A stretch of 61,585 bases of DNA, counting the filler, from Collodictyon triciliatum (Eukaryota), in NCBI GenBank assembly GCA_043381765.1. It is 24 parts of 24 records of this genome, joined end to end, with 100 filler letters (N's around TTAATTAATTAA, not from the genome) between each part and the next. Parts side by side here need not be neighbours in the genome. Positions count along the whole stretch, not along the records: positions 40,997 to 43,485 come from JBHJMP010008789.1; positions 43,586 to 46,073 come from JBHJMP010008790.1; positions 46,174 to 48,660 come from JBHJMP010008791.1; positions 48,761 to 51,247 come from JBHJMP010008792.1; positions 51,348 to 53,834 come from JBHJMP010008793.1; positions 53,935 to 56,418 come from JBHJMP010008794.1; 18 more parts are not named here. The stretch is one strand, 5' to 3'. Every line of letters starts with the position of its first letter. Position 1 is the stretch's first letter. A program made the position numbers and the translations under genes. Shown here piece by piece: positions 41,130 through 56,125 of this stretch. A model generated the notes under the pieces. The model did not search any database. It worked only from the letters and a program-made list of their open reading frames with translations, and was not told the origin of the DNA.

Positions 41130-42763
41130 GTTAAGGAAAAATTGGGCCTCGACCGAGCGCATTCATTATTCACAGCTGCCGCCCCTATCAACCGCTCCAC
41201 ATTGAGATTCTTCAATTCAATAGTAGGAATACCTCTACATTTTCGTGGCAAGCGCGAACGCGTGAACTTACTCCCCCTTTTTTTACACTAAATTCTATAA
41301 CAACTTACCAATAACTTGGTTCGATCTGACAGGGGCTTCCAATATTCGAGATTTATGGAATGAGTGAATGTACTGGTCCGGCTACATGTAACAGTCCTGG
41401 TTGGTATAAGCTCGGGACCGTAGGCAGTGCTGTAATGCTTTAAATTAAAGAGCAAAGATTAAATGGAGTACATTTTAATTAATTTTCAATTAATTTGTAA
41501 AGGGTATGAATGTAAATAAATATTTTACTACATATCAGCTCCCCAATACAGAGATTAAGATTTATGAAGATGGTGAAATATGCTACAGAGGACCACATGT
41601 ATTTGTGAGTAATTCTATACATACTTGGTTGACCAATAAAACATGCTTCAAATTTATTTTTTTCGCTGGTTATCGCAAATTCAGCTGATATATGCGAATG
41701 AGAAAATTGACAGAAATGAAACGTAAAGAAAGGCTACTGGAAGGATTCTGAATCGACCAGGAATACGATTGACGCAGAAGGATTCCTTCACTCAGGAGAT
41801 ATTGGAGTATTTGACAACGAGGTATTATCAAGATTCTTTTCAATTCTTCTCAGGTGAATCAAAGTAAGATGCTGAATTGTATTAGATATATGTTTGTCTT
41901 GATGGTGAAATATAAAAACTTAACTCAGAAGGAAATACTAATTAACCAAAAAATAATGTTTTTTTTGTCAAAAAGGGCTTCCTGACCATTACTGACAGAA
42001 AGAAAGAATTACTCATCACGGCGGGAGGAGAAAACATCGCACCAGCCGTTATAGAAAGCATGCTACGCCAAATACCTGGAATTTCTCAATTTGTAGTGTT
42101 TGGGGATAGACAAAAATATCTTGGTAAGCATCATTTCGCTATTTTATTTATAATTAGCAATGGCATTAACCTCTTCTCAAATATTCATTAAGTATAGAAA
42201 GAATCCTAGGTTAGAGTAAGTGTTCATCATTTAAACTGATTGTATAATTACCATATAGTTGGCCTTGTGATTCTTGACTATGAAAATCTTCAAGTAGTTA
42301 ACCATAAACTTGGGCTGTTTTTACAAACTATTCAAGAAGCCTCGAGGTGAACAGAAATTTCAAGTTTAAATTAGTCATGTATAAAACAAAAAGTATCTAA
42401 ACTTGTCACGTAATAGCAATTCAGTTGTCGATAAATACTTTAAAGAACAAATTGAAGAGGTAAACAAAGCACTGGCCCAAGTACAAACAATCAAAAAGTT
42501 CAAGGTAGTTCCAAATGAATTTTCATTTGAGGGAGAGTTGGCAGAGATGACTGCAACAATGAAGCTCAGACGGCATATCATCAACAAGTATGTCATGAGA
42601 AGCAAAAGTGAATGGACTGTAATATATGCATCACCGACAATTTATCATTGACAGCCACTTTATGGTAAACGTTGTATATTTTAATTTTGTACACTATCAT
42701 TTAAGGAAATACACGGCCCTCTTTCAGGATATGTACGGGGCTGATTTTATGGTCAAAAACTAA
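41130..42763 (+). CDS. Long-chain fatty acyl-CoA synthetase (ACSBG/bubblegum-like), 3' exons
   Basis: Reads [58 protein letters not shown] and TMKLRRH; stop at 42761-42763. Confidence 0.92.
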
Positions 42764-43389
42764 AGGATTGTGGCAAAGAATGAAACTAAGCAACTTTTAT
42801 TGGTGCCTTGATGAAAAGAAGAAAAAAAAGGCTTCGCTTCAAATTGTCACAAGAATTAAAAACCTCCTCTCTCTCAAATCGCTATTCCTTTCTTCCTGGG
42901 TGGGATAGGAGAAAAGATTTGATAACAAAAATAAACACCTGTCTTCGGGCCAACAGATATCTGTTGCCAAACCAAACCATTCCCTTGAACTAAACTTGAA
43001 TCTTCTCAATGCAGCTCTCTGGATCAATATATAGTAATTAACACCATATTATTATCAGATCTATTAGTACCAACAAAGCTGTAGATTTGAAGCAATCATA
43101 ATTCAATATTACTTTCCACAACAAGTATGAATACACCATGTACCAAAGATAGAACTTGACAAATCGAATTGATCGATTCTGATCAACCCAAAAATCAAGA
43201 GTGTCAGTGGTTCCTGCGCCTTTGAAAACTTCCCAAGACAACAAGCCCAGTTATATGTGCAAACGCGGCCCACACATGATCCAGAGTCTATTCATTGTAT
43301 TTCAATATTTAAAGATGCCGCCTAAGCCAATCAAGAAAAAGAGCCCAGGAAGCCGCTCTCTCTCTCTCTCTCCTTCTCTCTCTCTCTCT

Positions 43390-43451
<62 letters not shown>

Positions 43452-43585
43452 CTCTCTTTCTTTCTTTTCTTTTTTTTTTTTCTTTNNNNNNNNNNNNNNN
43501 NNNNNNNNNNNNNNNNNNNNNNNNNNNNNTTAATTAATTAANNNNNNNNNNNNNNNNNNNNNNNNNNNNNNNNNNNNNNNNNNNN

Positions 43586-43684
<99 letters not shown>

Positions 43685-43721
43685 TCTTCCAATTATTCAA
43701 GAAATATTCATATTCGAAATA

Positions 43722-46073
<2,352 letters not shown>

Positions 46074-46424
46074 NNNNNNNNNNNNNNNNNNNNNNNNNNN
46101 NNNNNNNNNNNNNNNNNTTAATTAATTAANNNNNNNNNNNNNNNNNNNNNNNNNNNNNNNNNNNNNNNNNNNNAGAAGTAAAAAAAGAAGTAAAAAAAGA
46201 AGTAAAAAAAGAAGTAAAAAAAGAAGTAAAAAAAGAAGTAAAAAAAGAAGTAAAAAAAGAAGTAAAAAAAGAAGTAAAAAAAGAAGTAAAAAAGAAGTAA
46301 AAAAAGAAGTAAAAAAAGAAGTAAAAAAAGAAGTAAAAAAAGAAGTAAAAAAAGAAGTAAAAAAGAAGTAAAAAAAGAAGTAAAAGTGAAAGAAAAAGAA
46401 AAAGAAAAAGAAAGAAAAGACTCA

Positions 46425-48184
46425 CCAATAACACCCATCGTCCCAAGGGCTGTCCATTTAGTACTGACGCATCCTCCGATGCAAATACCGCATATGGTCA
46501 ACCAAATAAACCATGAAGAGGTCAAAGGTTCCAAGTTCTATGTCAAACAGAAGATTGGAGAATAACTGATTGTTTTCCAAAGAAACAAAAAAAAAGCATT
46601 TTTTAGGGTTAAAAAAAACTAATTGTGTATAGAAACCCTGATATGAGAATGTGAGTAAAATGATGCCGCCACAAAGAACATCAAAATGGCGTCAGTGACG
46701 ATGATTCGAGATTCAATAAGAAGGCACATATCGAATATCAGGAAAGCTGAACTGACGGCAGCAGCAAAAACGTTAACGCTGCAACGAGTACATAATTTAG
46801 CCTTAACTATCAAGAATTCATATATTCGTAGTACAACTAAACATTAAATGAAGATAACAGGTAATTGTCTTATTTTTCGAAAAGAAAGATTAAATAAATT
46901 GACAAAGCACAAAAAAAAAAACTAGCAAAATAATAACTTTTTTTCCTTTATTCGATTCAAAGAGCAAAATAATAACTTAAAGTTACCGAAACTCTCGCAA
47001 AGTCAAGTAAACTAAGACTGGTACAAAGCCACCAGATATAGCAGGTAGCATGCGAAGGTAATAATATGCTTCTCCATCATAGACATTCGTTATTTTCTCA
47101 AAATCGTAGTGTCCGTCATATCTATGGAGAAGGGATAATCGTCCTTGAATGAAAAGAAAAGCTCAAAATTATACACTTGATACTTCGTTTTATGTGGTTC
47201 AAATCAGGACGTACCCCGTAAGCAAAGACACGTAGTAAAAAAGAATCTTTGTAAGTGGGGGATGAATATCGAAAAAGTATTTCCCCTAGTTTGGTCAATT
47301 TTCGAGCGTAAGAATAGAAACGGCTTCTTCTAAGGATTTATATAAAAGAAACTACCAATCACTTGAAAGATTGTGTTCGGCATACACCGATGTTCAAATC
47401 TAATATAACTATCTTTTACCCTCAAATAGTTGTTGGTAAATCCTCCAAAATGCACTTCGTCGAATATTACCTGATAGTTTTATAATGTCAAATGCAAAAA
47501 TAAATTAAAATTATATAATAAAAAATTACAAAAACGAAATGAAAAATTACCACCGGATTTATAAAAACGAGAACAAATACAATAATGTATTATAAGTTAA
47601 TAAATGCAACCAACTTCTTCGAGTAATATAAAAGAGTGAATGAGGGGATTTAAGCTGACTTTTTTTATGCCAGAAAAATAACTTTAACAAAAGATTATAT
47701 GCCCGTGATGTGTTCGGGGGGAAAGAGGCGAAGGTAATCCACTTTGCTATAAGATGATACAGTATCGGATGTGAAAAGAGAGGTAAGAAGAAAAAAAAAC
47801 CTCGTTGGGAAACTCTAGGCGATAAAACCGGGTTGAGAAAGAAATCAGCAGAAGCACAAACGCTGCGATATCGAAGGATGGCGGGGCAAACCAAAGCGCC
47901 ACTCGAAACAGCCTGGGCAACATAATCCCAAAAGAATTCTGCAGCAGCGTCTCTGCAGAGCATGTGTCGGGCTCTGTCTTTCTGCGTGTTTCATTCTGCC
48001 TCGCCCACTCAAGAAAACTCGACCGGACAGATTCCAGTGGAGTCCAGTTACTGGCATCGGAAGATGTGCTGCATGATTCGCATATCTGGGACGTTGTGCG
48101 AGATTCGGGGTCTTTTGAGGATGCGCGGACCGACTCATTGGCAGGGTCGTCTGTGTCGCGTCGAGTCCCGCTTCTTTGGTGCAT
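46425..48184 (-). CDS. Dolichyl-phosphate-mannose:protein O-mannosyltransferase (PMT/POMT family), 5' part
   Basis: Reads TRFYRLEFPNE/VIFDEVHFGGFTNNY (catalytic DE motif), YFFDIHPPLTK, GYDG, LLIESRIIVTDAILMFF and STKWTALGT. Confidence 0.92.
46924..46978 (-). mobile_element. 23-bp retroposed LINE 3' tip with perfect 16-bp TSD, inside a PMT intron
   Basis: AGCAAAATAATAACTT (46924-46939 and 46963-46978) flanks TTTTTCCTTTATTCGATTCAAAG. Confidence 0.85.
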
Positions 48185-48598
48185 CGGTTGCGGGGTTGAG
48201 AGTGCAGGTTTCTTAAGGCGGTCCTGGGCCCTTTGGTGCGAGGGAATAGTACAGCTTGGAATGTTTTGTTTTGTCTATTTTCTTTTCTTTTCTTTTGTTT
48301 GTTTTTTGTTCTTTTTTTGTGTTTTTGTTTTTCTCTGTTTTTTTTGTTTTTCTCTGTTTTTTTTGTTTTTTTTGTTTTTCTCTGTTTTTTTTTGTTTTTG
48401 TTTTTGTTTTTTTGTTTTTTGTCTTTTTTCTTTTGTTTTTTGTTCTTTTTTTTGTTTTTTTGTTTTTTTTTATTTTTTTGTTTTTTGTTTTTTGTTTTTT
48501 GTTTTTTGTTTTCTGTTTTTTTGTTTTGTGTTTTTTGTGTTTTTTGTGTTTTTGTTTTTTGTTTTCTGTTTTCTTTGTTTTTTTGTTTTTTGTTTTTT

Positions 48599-48644
<46 letters not shown>

Positions 48645-49812
48645 TTTTTTTTTTTTTTTTNNNNNNNNNNNNNNNNNNNNNNNNNNNNNNNNNNNNNNNN
48701 NNNNTTAATTAATTAANNNNNNNNNNNNNNNNNNNNNNNNNNNNNNNNNNNNNNNNNNNNAGACTTGAAGGAGTTTGTCCCCGAGCTGAAATCCCTCCAC
48801 ATCCGCGCCGCACTCAATCTCATCGAGGAGGCCAAGCGCACCTAACCACCGCCCCACTCCCTCGTTCATTCATGGGTTTTGTGCATTCGCTTGACCCTCT
48901 GTTGATTTCTGTCCCACACATCCCTATCGCACCCTCAACTGAATAAAGGAAAAACAAAACAATTCTCCGCTCCGCCCCCATCTTACGAAAGAATAATAGT
49001 AGCCGTTGTCTGGTTTTGCTGATTGGTTGCATTGCAGGGAAAAAAGCTGATTCTTCCGCGAGCCTGTGGTGCGTGTAACCGAAATCCGTTTTCACGGAAC
49101 AGGAAGTTCGTTACATTTGTGTAAAATATACAAAAGTGGATTATATACAAATAAACACAAATGATATCAAATATGCAATAGATATCAACTATAATTCTAT
49201 ATTTCAATTATATATTATCATTTGTACTTGCATTACTGAATTTCATTTATGGTGGATTGTCATTGAATGCTTGATTGTTGGTGTGGCACAGAAACACCTT
49301 TGCAAAGACCCAGATATGCTGCAGATCGATTGAAAAAAAGTCGGCTATGTTGTGCGCTTGGAAAATAGTATAGATAGCAAGCGACTTACATATAATCGCT
49401 ATAATTGCCCTTAATCTGGTGCAATTTTTGGGTAATTTTCTTTGAATGGTTCGAAAATCGTGACAGAAACCCTCAATCCGAGTTTGGAATTGACCACATG
49501 AACTTTTCGTCAAATTGGGTTATATTCAGTGAATTGAAAGTTTTGTGGGTTGAGTTCTTTTGTCATAATTCATAGAATTATAATTTCAGTGAATATATCC
49601 AAAATTGAATTATTCAAATATGGAATATAATTATTTTATCATAAAATATCATTATTAAAGGGCATGTTACAAAATATGAATAAAGACTTAATTACAGAAA
49701 GGCAGAAGTCAAATATACATACAAAAAGATTCATACATCCCACCCTTGTTCTCTGATCACATATTCTATCAAAGCCTAACCCGTATTAATACTTTAAAAT
49801 ATATTTTGCTGC

Positions 49813-49905
49813 ATACCCCTTCATCACACATTAGAGTACTTATTTCTCCCGTTATTCGAGTCAAAGTGCAGCGAGGATACCCCTTCATCACACATTAGAG
49901 TACTT
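49813..49905 (-). mobile_element. 35-bp retroposed LINE 3' tip with perfect 29-bp TSD
   Basis: ATACCCCTTCATCACACATTAGAGTACTT (49813-49841 and 49877-49905) flanks the reverse complement of CCTCGCTGCACTTTGACTCGAATAACGGGAGAAAT. Confidence 0.88.
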
Positions 49906-50538
49906 TGCTAAAAAGTATTTTTCTTTTTTATTCCAGAGCTAATATGTTGGGGCAAATAAGGTTCCTAATATCCAGCCGTCTGGCTTATCAACGACCGCGG
50001 TGGAAGCGACAGTTTCTTCGGGATTGTTTTGCACAACCCTTTTCGATGACGTTCCGTGGGATTAATTTATGGGGATGTAGTAAGCATTATAGAAGAAATG
50101 CTGCCCTTGTAAGTGGAACTGGTATATTAAATATATCAGAAGTATCCTTGGGATAAGTACAGTTTCACCTTTTGCGCATCCTATCAGGATTTCTTGCCTT
50201 CGTAAATCAGCACTCTCTCACTTCATATCACAATCAGATTTCGTTACAAAGCCCCAGGGGCTCCAAAGTGCGCAGCAAGAATACTGGAAACCACCCTTTT
50301 GATTGCGTTTAATGGGATAGAAATCGAGGAGGGTCCAAATTATCCAAAAACACCACGGGAGATATCATAGAATGCTAATGGTCAATATCAGAATCAAAGA
50401 GATTTATAAATAGTCAAATTATTTGGTACTTCATCTCGTATCATTATATTGATGTAGAGAACCACCTGAATACCTAAGTCAAGTATGATTTCTTTAGCCA
50501 TCCAAACGTTATCAGTAGCTTTTATTTTATCTGATATT

Positions 50539-50616
50539 ATGATATACTGTATTCATACCTCGCTACACTTTGAATCGAATAAAGGCAAAAAAAAAAAATG
50601 ATAAACTGTATTCATA
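50539..50616 (+). mobile_element. 40-bp retroposed LINE 3' tip with poly(A) and 19-bp TSD (1 mismatch)
   Basis: ATGATA(T/A)ACTGTATTCATA (50539-50557 and 50598-50616) flanks CCTCGCTACACTTTGAATCGAATAAAGGC(A)n. Confidence 0.88.
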
Positions 50617-51347
50617 GGAGTATCCATGGAGATAAAAAGTGCAAACCCCTTAATCAGAAGGTAATAAACTTACTTGTATGCTCCATTATCTTCACATCCT
50701 TAGTCCCATCAAATTGTTACGCAACATCTTTACTTGAGCAAAATAACAAAACAAAAAAATCCTCATTATTTTTTTTGTATTTTTCATTCAGGGTTTATGA
50801 TATTCTACATAATACGAATTATTCAGATACACATCTAATCCATTAGGTACAATATCATTCGGCAATACAGCAAGAGTGTGTTTAAAGTCGCCAGAAAATA
50901 GAACCTTTACCATCCAATTATGACCAATTCCGTCGGACTGTAAAACAAAAAACAAAACAAACAAACAAACTATAAACCCGCCCTTCCCTTGAATCGAATA
51001 AAAGGAGAAAAAACCTCCAATTATATCACTGTTTTCTCCTATATCTTTTATAGTTATTGCTGACTTCTCCAACGACCTTTCTGTAAGATGTGGTAGATTC
51101 ATTCCATATGATAATCTTGCATACTTGGAGCAAATGCCCTTTACCGGTATTCTATTCATTGCACTTTTGGCTGAAAAATACGGTAGAATCTTAATTAGAG
51201 TCAGCTTTCTGCCACCTTGTAGGACATTTATAGCTATACCTGATGATNNNNNNNNNNNNNNNNNNNNNNNNNNNNNNNNNNNNNNNNNNNNTTAATTAAT
51301 TAANNNNNNNNNNNNNNNNNNNNNNNNNNNNNNNNNNNNNNNNNNNN

Positions 51348-53300
51348 AAAGTGCAGCGAGGTTGTGCCGTACAAAGAAGGGAATAAAAGTGCGCATGGTA
51401 GATAGCAAACGCGAGTAGGAGAAGACACTACCGTGGAGAGGGTAGCACTGGAAAGAAGTCAGTGATAGCGAGCTGGTCAGGTGGGCGTCCCAACTGGTTG
51501 ATTTGTTGTGTGGACAGCAGGGGTTGAATATTCTGCGGGAGACACCGCACGACACATTCCCACATCTCTCTTCGCTTGCGGTCTGAGTAGCGAAGAACGC
51601 GAGTGTGTTTCAGCAGGCTATTCAGGAAGCTTTATTGCACGACGCTTTCCAGCCTGGATACATTGATTTCTCGTTCGGGTGAATCATCAGAGCGAGAGAA
51701 TGCGCGCAAAATCCATAAGAACCACAGCATATGTCCCTTTGTGACTGCCCAGAGTATTCCAGAGTCGTGGGTCATTTACTATTATTATGGGCCAAACAGG
51801 ATGTCGGACGTGCTGAGTTGGTTGGGAGCATAATCAAGCTCAGTGAGCATCTCGTGGGTAGATTCTGTCACTTTTTGAGCCAGAGCACTTCACAAATGTG
51901 TGTTCGATAGAGTCATCTCCACTATGGCACATGGTGCATTTTGGAGAGGTCGTTGCTGAGTCGATGTTTTTCAATGTAGTCTGCTTTCTTTCCGACTCTT
52001 ATCTTGTCTGGTTCGATAAAATCACCCCTGAGCTCAACAAGACAATAGATTTTAACAGCGCAAGTGTACCTTGCACGTGGTCAAGTTTATTTTGGGTTCC
52101 GAATCCTCATAATAAATCAAATGTGACCGACATAGCACGATTAAAAAAATGTGATTGAAATGAAACTATTGGAAAACAAAGACGACTTTGTATGCCTTTA
52201 TGATAAGTAATAACCAATGCTTTCCTTCGTAAGCCACAAGAATATGTGCGGTCAACAAGGTGCTGCGATGTAAGCCCGAAAGTGCTGCGAAGATGACGCA
52301 ACAATCAAGGTGGAAACTCTGCCCTCAGCCTGAGAATCGTTATTAGAAGACAAGAAAACACGGCAGTCTTCATTAAGAATGATTCTTTCAGTTCTTCAAC
52401 TGCTTACACATTCCCATGACTGCCAAAACTATAATTGAAGTTGTATAGCCATCCAACATCACACTGGAACTCAGCTGGAACGACATCTTGGAATCCTGAA
52501 GTATTTCATTCCAATAAAAGTCAACAGGATAAGGTCGAGGGAATATTGTGAGCGAAATACTCGTTACCTTTGATGAAGAGCCAGGAAAAAAAATGGGAAA
52601 ATACCCTTCCATCAATGTCATTCATGCTGTCTTGCGGAGATACGGGCCCTCAAAGAGACTGACGTATCATCGACTCTCCCGACAAGCTTAAAAAATAAAG
52701 AAAGAAGAAAATATGGCAAACAAGGTCAACGCATCAAGCAAATGATTAGCATGCCAACCACTACCAATCCAGTGGCCTCTAATAAGCAAAATGTTACCGC
52801 GTGTACCTCGAGCTTCACGACAACAGCAATCAATTACAGCGCCGATTCTTGGCTAGGTATTTCCCCTTTCGAGGATAGCAAAACCCCCCAATATTGATTT
52901 TTAGTAATTAAATATTTTTCCAAACCGAACCAAATAATTGAAAAAAAAAATAATAGACATATTTTCAAAGAGTTTGTAAAATATATTCAAGTTGTTTTTT
53001 GGACAAATCTGAGCAAACAACGGGCATATCCTAATCCTCCGCACCCGTTCTTGGTTTGTAATGCTCGTGCTAACCCCTTTTCTCTTCAAAATGAGCAGCT
53101 ATTCTAGAGTAAGTAGCACCTGTGCAAAGATTGGGCAATAGGAGAGAAACGAGTCCTCAAGCAGATGTTCAAGAAAAGCTCTGGCGCTCAAGAAGAGACG
53201 AAAGACCCTAGTCTGGGAAATATACATAAAAGTCATCAAAGTTAGAAGATAAAGCCAATTTCGTCGAATTATGATGGGAGGACTTGCCACCGTAGTTATA
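51348..53300 (-). mobile_element. Decayed L1/Tx1-like LINE, 3' half (possible RT remnant, CCHC zf-RVT finger, 3' UTR)
   Basis: Reads PKCTMCHSGDDSIEHTFVKC (zf-RVT), LWAVTKGHMLWFLW and SFLNSLLKH...WECVV. The 3' UTR ends ...GTACGGCACAACCTCGCTGCACTTT at the contig edge. The portion above about 52100 is heavily decayed and its limit is uncertain. Confidence 0.75.
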
Positions 53301-54229
53301 GATTGCAGAAAATACTGTCGAGCGAGAGGTTGTATTTGTCAGGTTTTTTTTATTCTTCCTTTCAATTTTGTGCAGGATGGTGGAATTGCATTTGTCAGGT
53401 AAGCACTGGTTGCCCCAGAGCATCAACATCTTCGTCACCGGCGTAGATTATGGACAACCCCTAGTGCATATCATAAAAATAGGAGACAAGGTAACGCGAT
53501 ATAACTTATTCTCCTGATTATTATTATTTATTTTTTTTTTTGGCCCGCATGCGTGCAAGCAGACATAAGACTTGCATCAGCCATCTAGCTATCGCATGCG
53601 CTCACAATTTTATTATGATTACAAACTCCGCTATCAGTACTTGTAATGTTGCGATTCATAGCGGGAGTATATTGGTTTTCTGAATATCTTATAAAATCCA
53701 CATTAGATTATCAAATAAGACATGAGTAAGCTTCGATTCGCCCACAAAAACAAAAACAAAAACAAAAACAAAAAACAAAAACAAAAAACAAAAACAAAAA
53801 ACAAAAAACAAAAAACAAAAAACAAAAAACAAAANNNNNNNNNNNNNNNNNNNNNNNNNNNNNNNNNNNNNNNNNNNNTTAATTAATTAANNNNNNNNNN
53901 NNNNNNNNNNNNNNNNNNNNNNNNNNNNNNNNNNTTTTTTTTGTTTTTTTTTTTTTGTTTTTTGTTTTTTTTTTTTGTTTTCTTTTTTTGTTTTCTTTTT
54001 GTTTTTTGTTTTCTTTTTGTTTTTTGTTTTCTTTTTGTTTTTTGTTTTTTGTTTTTTGTTTTTTGTTTTTTTAACTTATCTATTCAACCTGTTGATTCAT
54101 ATCGCAGTATATACAAGGTGGGTTCCATTAACATCCTACTATGACTCGATATAGAATTGTCATTCAAAGGTTTAAAGTGCGGCTGCATTGTGTTGTTTTG
54201 TCGCTTTATGTGTTTAGAGATATATGTAC

Positions 54230-54906
54230 ATAGATGAGGCTTCCCATTACGAGCTGGAGACAAGCACGAACCCCGCAAGTCCTTTCAAATCACCGCTCTC
54301 TAATGCTCAATATCACCAATAGGGAGCTATGGATAGGCACGCGCGCGGCAAAAGCTGTCAAAGTCTCCCAACAATGCACACTTTGCAGCAACGGTGATGA
54401 ATCCATTGAGCACACATTTTTGCAATGTCCCATCGCTCAAAACCTGCGCGAAACAGCCGGTGAGATTCTTCGGCTGACACTGAAGACGGCTGCAGCTGTT
54501 TGTCCAATCCAGGCGATGTTTGGGCCTCTGCAACAGCTGCGTCCAGAGGTGCGAAAACATTCTGGGTAGTGATACGAGGCCATTCGCTATGGACTATGTG
54601 GATAGCAAACATATGTTCACGCAAAGCAAGACTCAACAACCAGCCACCCATTCCTGATAATAGGCTGGATGGCATCATACAAATCTCCTTCATCAGCTTT
54701 CTTCGCCACCTGTACGTTCTCTATTACTCAGACCCTGTGAGAAGAGACAGGTGAAAGGAAGCTGAGAAAGATATTAAAGCTTGCTTTGTCTCTTTCATGC
54801 AGGCACAAGACCCAGCCTACAGATCAAACCGCAGGATGCAATTCCTGATTACCGACTACTTCTACGCCATCCGGCCAACAAGTAGCGTTCATGCAAACGA
54901 AGTCTA
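54230..54906 (+). mobile_element. LINE ORF2 C-terminal fragment (zf-RVT), related subfamily
   Basis: Reads LWIG...QQCTLCSNGDESIEHTFLQCPIA, then after a frameshift FWVVIRGHSLWTMW...ISFISFLRH...ITDYF. It is homologous in motif order to 51420-52000. Confidence 0.85.
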
Positions 54907-55179
54907 GCGAACCAAAGCCAACATCTTCACCATCCTGCACAAAAGTGAAAGGAAGCGCAAAAAAAGAAGAAAGAAGACCCCGGATAAGTCATACGCCGCA
55001 TAACGCATATTACAAAGTCTCGCCTCCAAAAAAATGAAGTAAGATACCCATCCGTGCAGAACGTTGAGCAGCGAGTACCCGGACAATGACAGCGACGACC
55101 AGCAAGTGGACAAAGACACCGGGCACCGCGACACAGAATGGGGCCTGGGTAGGAGACTCGGGCGGAGCTGAAGCAACTG

Positions 55180-56125
55180 CTCCACCTGGGAATCCCCACA
55201 GTATTGACATATCTGCTGCTGACTCTACTGCCCACTGCGGACCAGATGATGGTGGGGCACCAAACAAAAATGAGCTGGCAGCAGCAGCGCTGAGCAACAC
55301 ATGTTTCAAATTGTCGTGGTTCTTTTGCGTCGGTGTGAGCACCCATCTCGACATCCCGGGGACAGGATGCAACCATCGCGCGGCTGACGGGCGACTACTG
55401 CCTCTGGCTGATTCCCGGGGTGTCGTTTCTTGTTGTGTACTCGGTCCTGCAGAAGCACCAGCAGGCGCAAGGCTGTATGGCTCCGTGTCTGGCCCTGGGC
55501 CTTGCTGCCAACTTCTTCAACATCCCAGCAAACTATGCGCTCATTTGCACTGCAGAACTCGGGCTCACAGGCACAGCCATGGCGACGTCTCTGATGCGCA
55601 CGATGCTCAGAGCGGGCTTTGCCTGGTGCGTGTGACAGACGGATGTATGTGACGAGGCAGCAGCCGGAGCCATGGCCGCGCTGGAGGTCTCGAACTTCCA
55701 AGGAGCCGCGGTTCTGGTCAAGGCAGCGGGTGACATTGTTGCACTGGATGCCCATGCCATCCTCCTGACCATCTGCAGCCTGCTCTACGTGGCGCTGGCC
55801 ATCTGCGTGGCTGCCCTTGTCGGACTTGTGCTGCTGCCCTTCGTTGCGACCCTAATCCATCTCACGCGTGCCTATGTGCCTGCGGCATTCACTAGGGATG
55901 TGCAGCCGCCCTCATCCCAGTCGGCACCCTCTTCCACATTGCCGACAGGCTGCAGGCATCGCGGCCAGGGCTGTCACTGTCTGGATGCTGTGTGGTATCT
56001 TCTCGGCTACTCGCTCGTCGCCATGTCTCTGGCGGCACTCCTGGCCTTACGCCTCCCTTTTCTGCTCGACCTCTGCATCGGCCTCGTCGGTATCTGGTGG
56101 GCGCTCTTTGCCGTCGCATTAGCCC
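55180..56125 (+). pseudogene. MATE-family efflux transporter pseudogene (no introns seen; frameshifts and deletions)
   Basis: Reads GIPTVLTYLL..DQMMVGH / ELAAAALSNTCF, LQKHQQAQG..ANFFNIPANYALI..LGLTGTAMATS, ALDAHAIL and GLVGIWWAL. A stop at 55633-55635 and several frame changes interrupt it. Confidence 0.8.

Larger units (their letters stand above)
49690..51247 (-). mobile_element. Decayed Helitron-type Pif1 helicase pseudogene
   Basis: Collinear degenerate motifs: SSGIAINVLQGGR, KIIIWNES (for IIWDE), DIIGG...KVLFSGDFKHTLAV (for GDFRQxLPV), FLDNLDPP...PVFLLRTLEPLGLCN and GETVLIPRI. Many stops and frameshifts. Confidence 0.8.
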
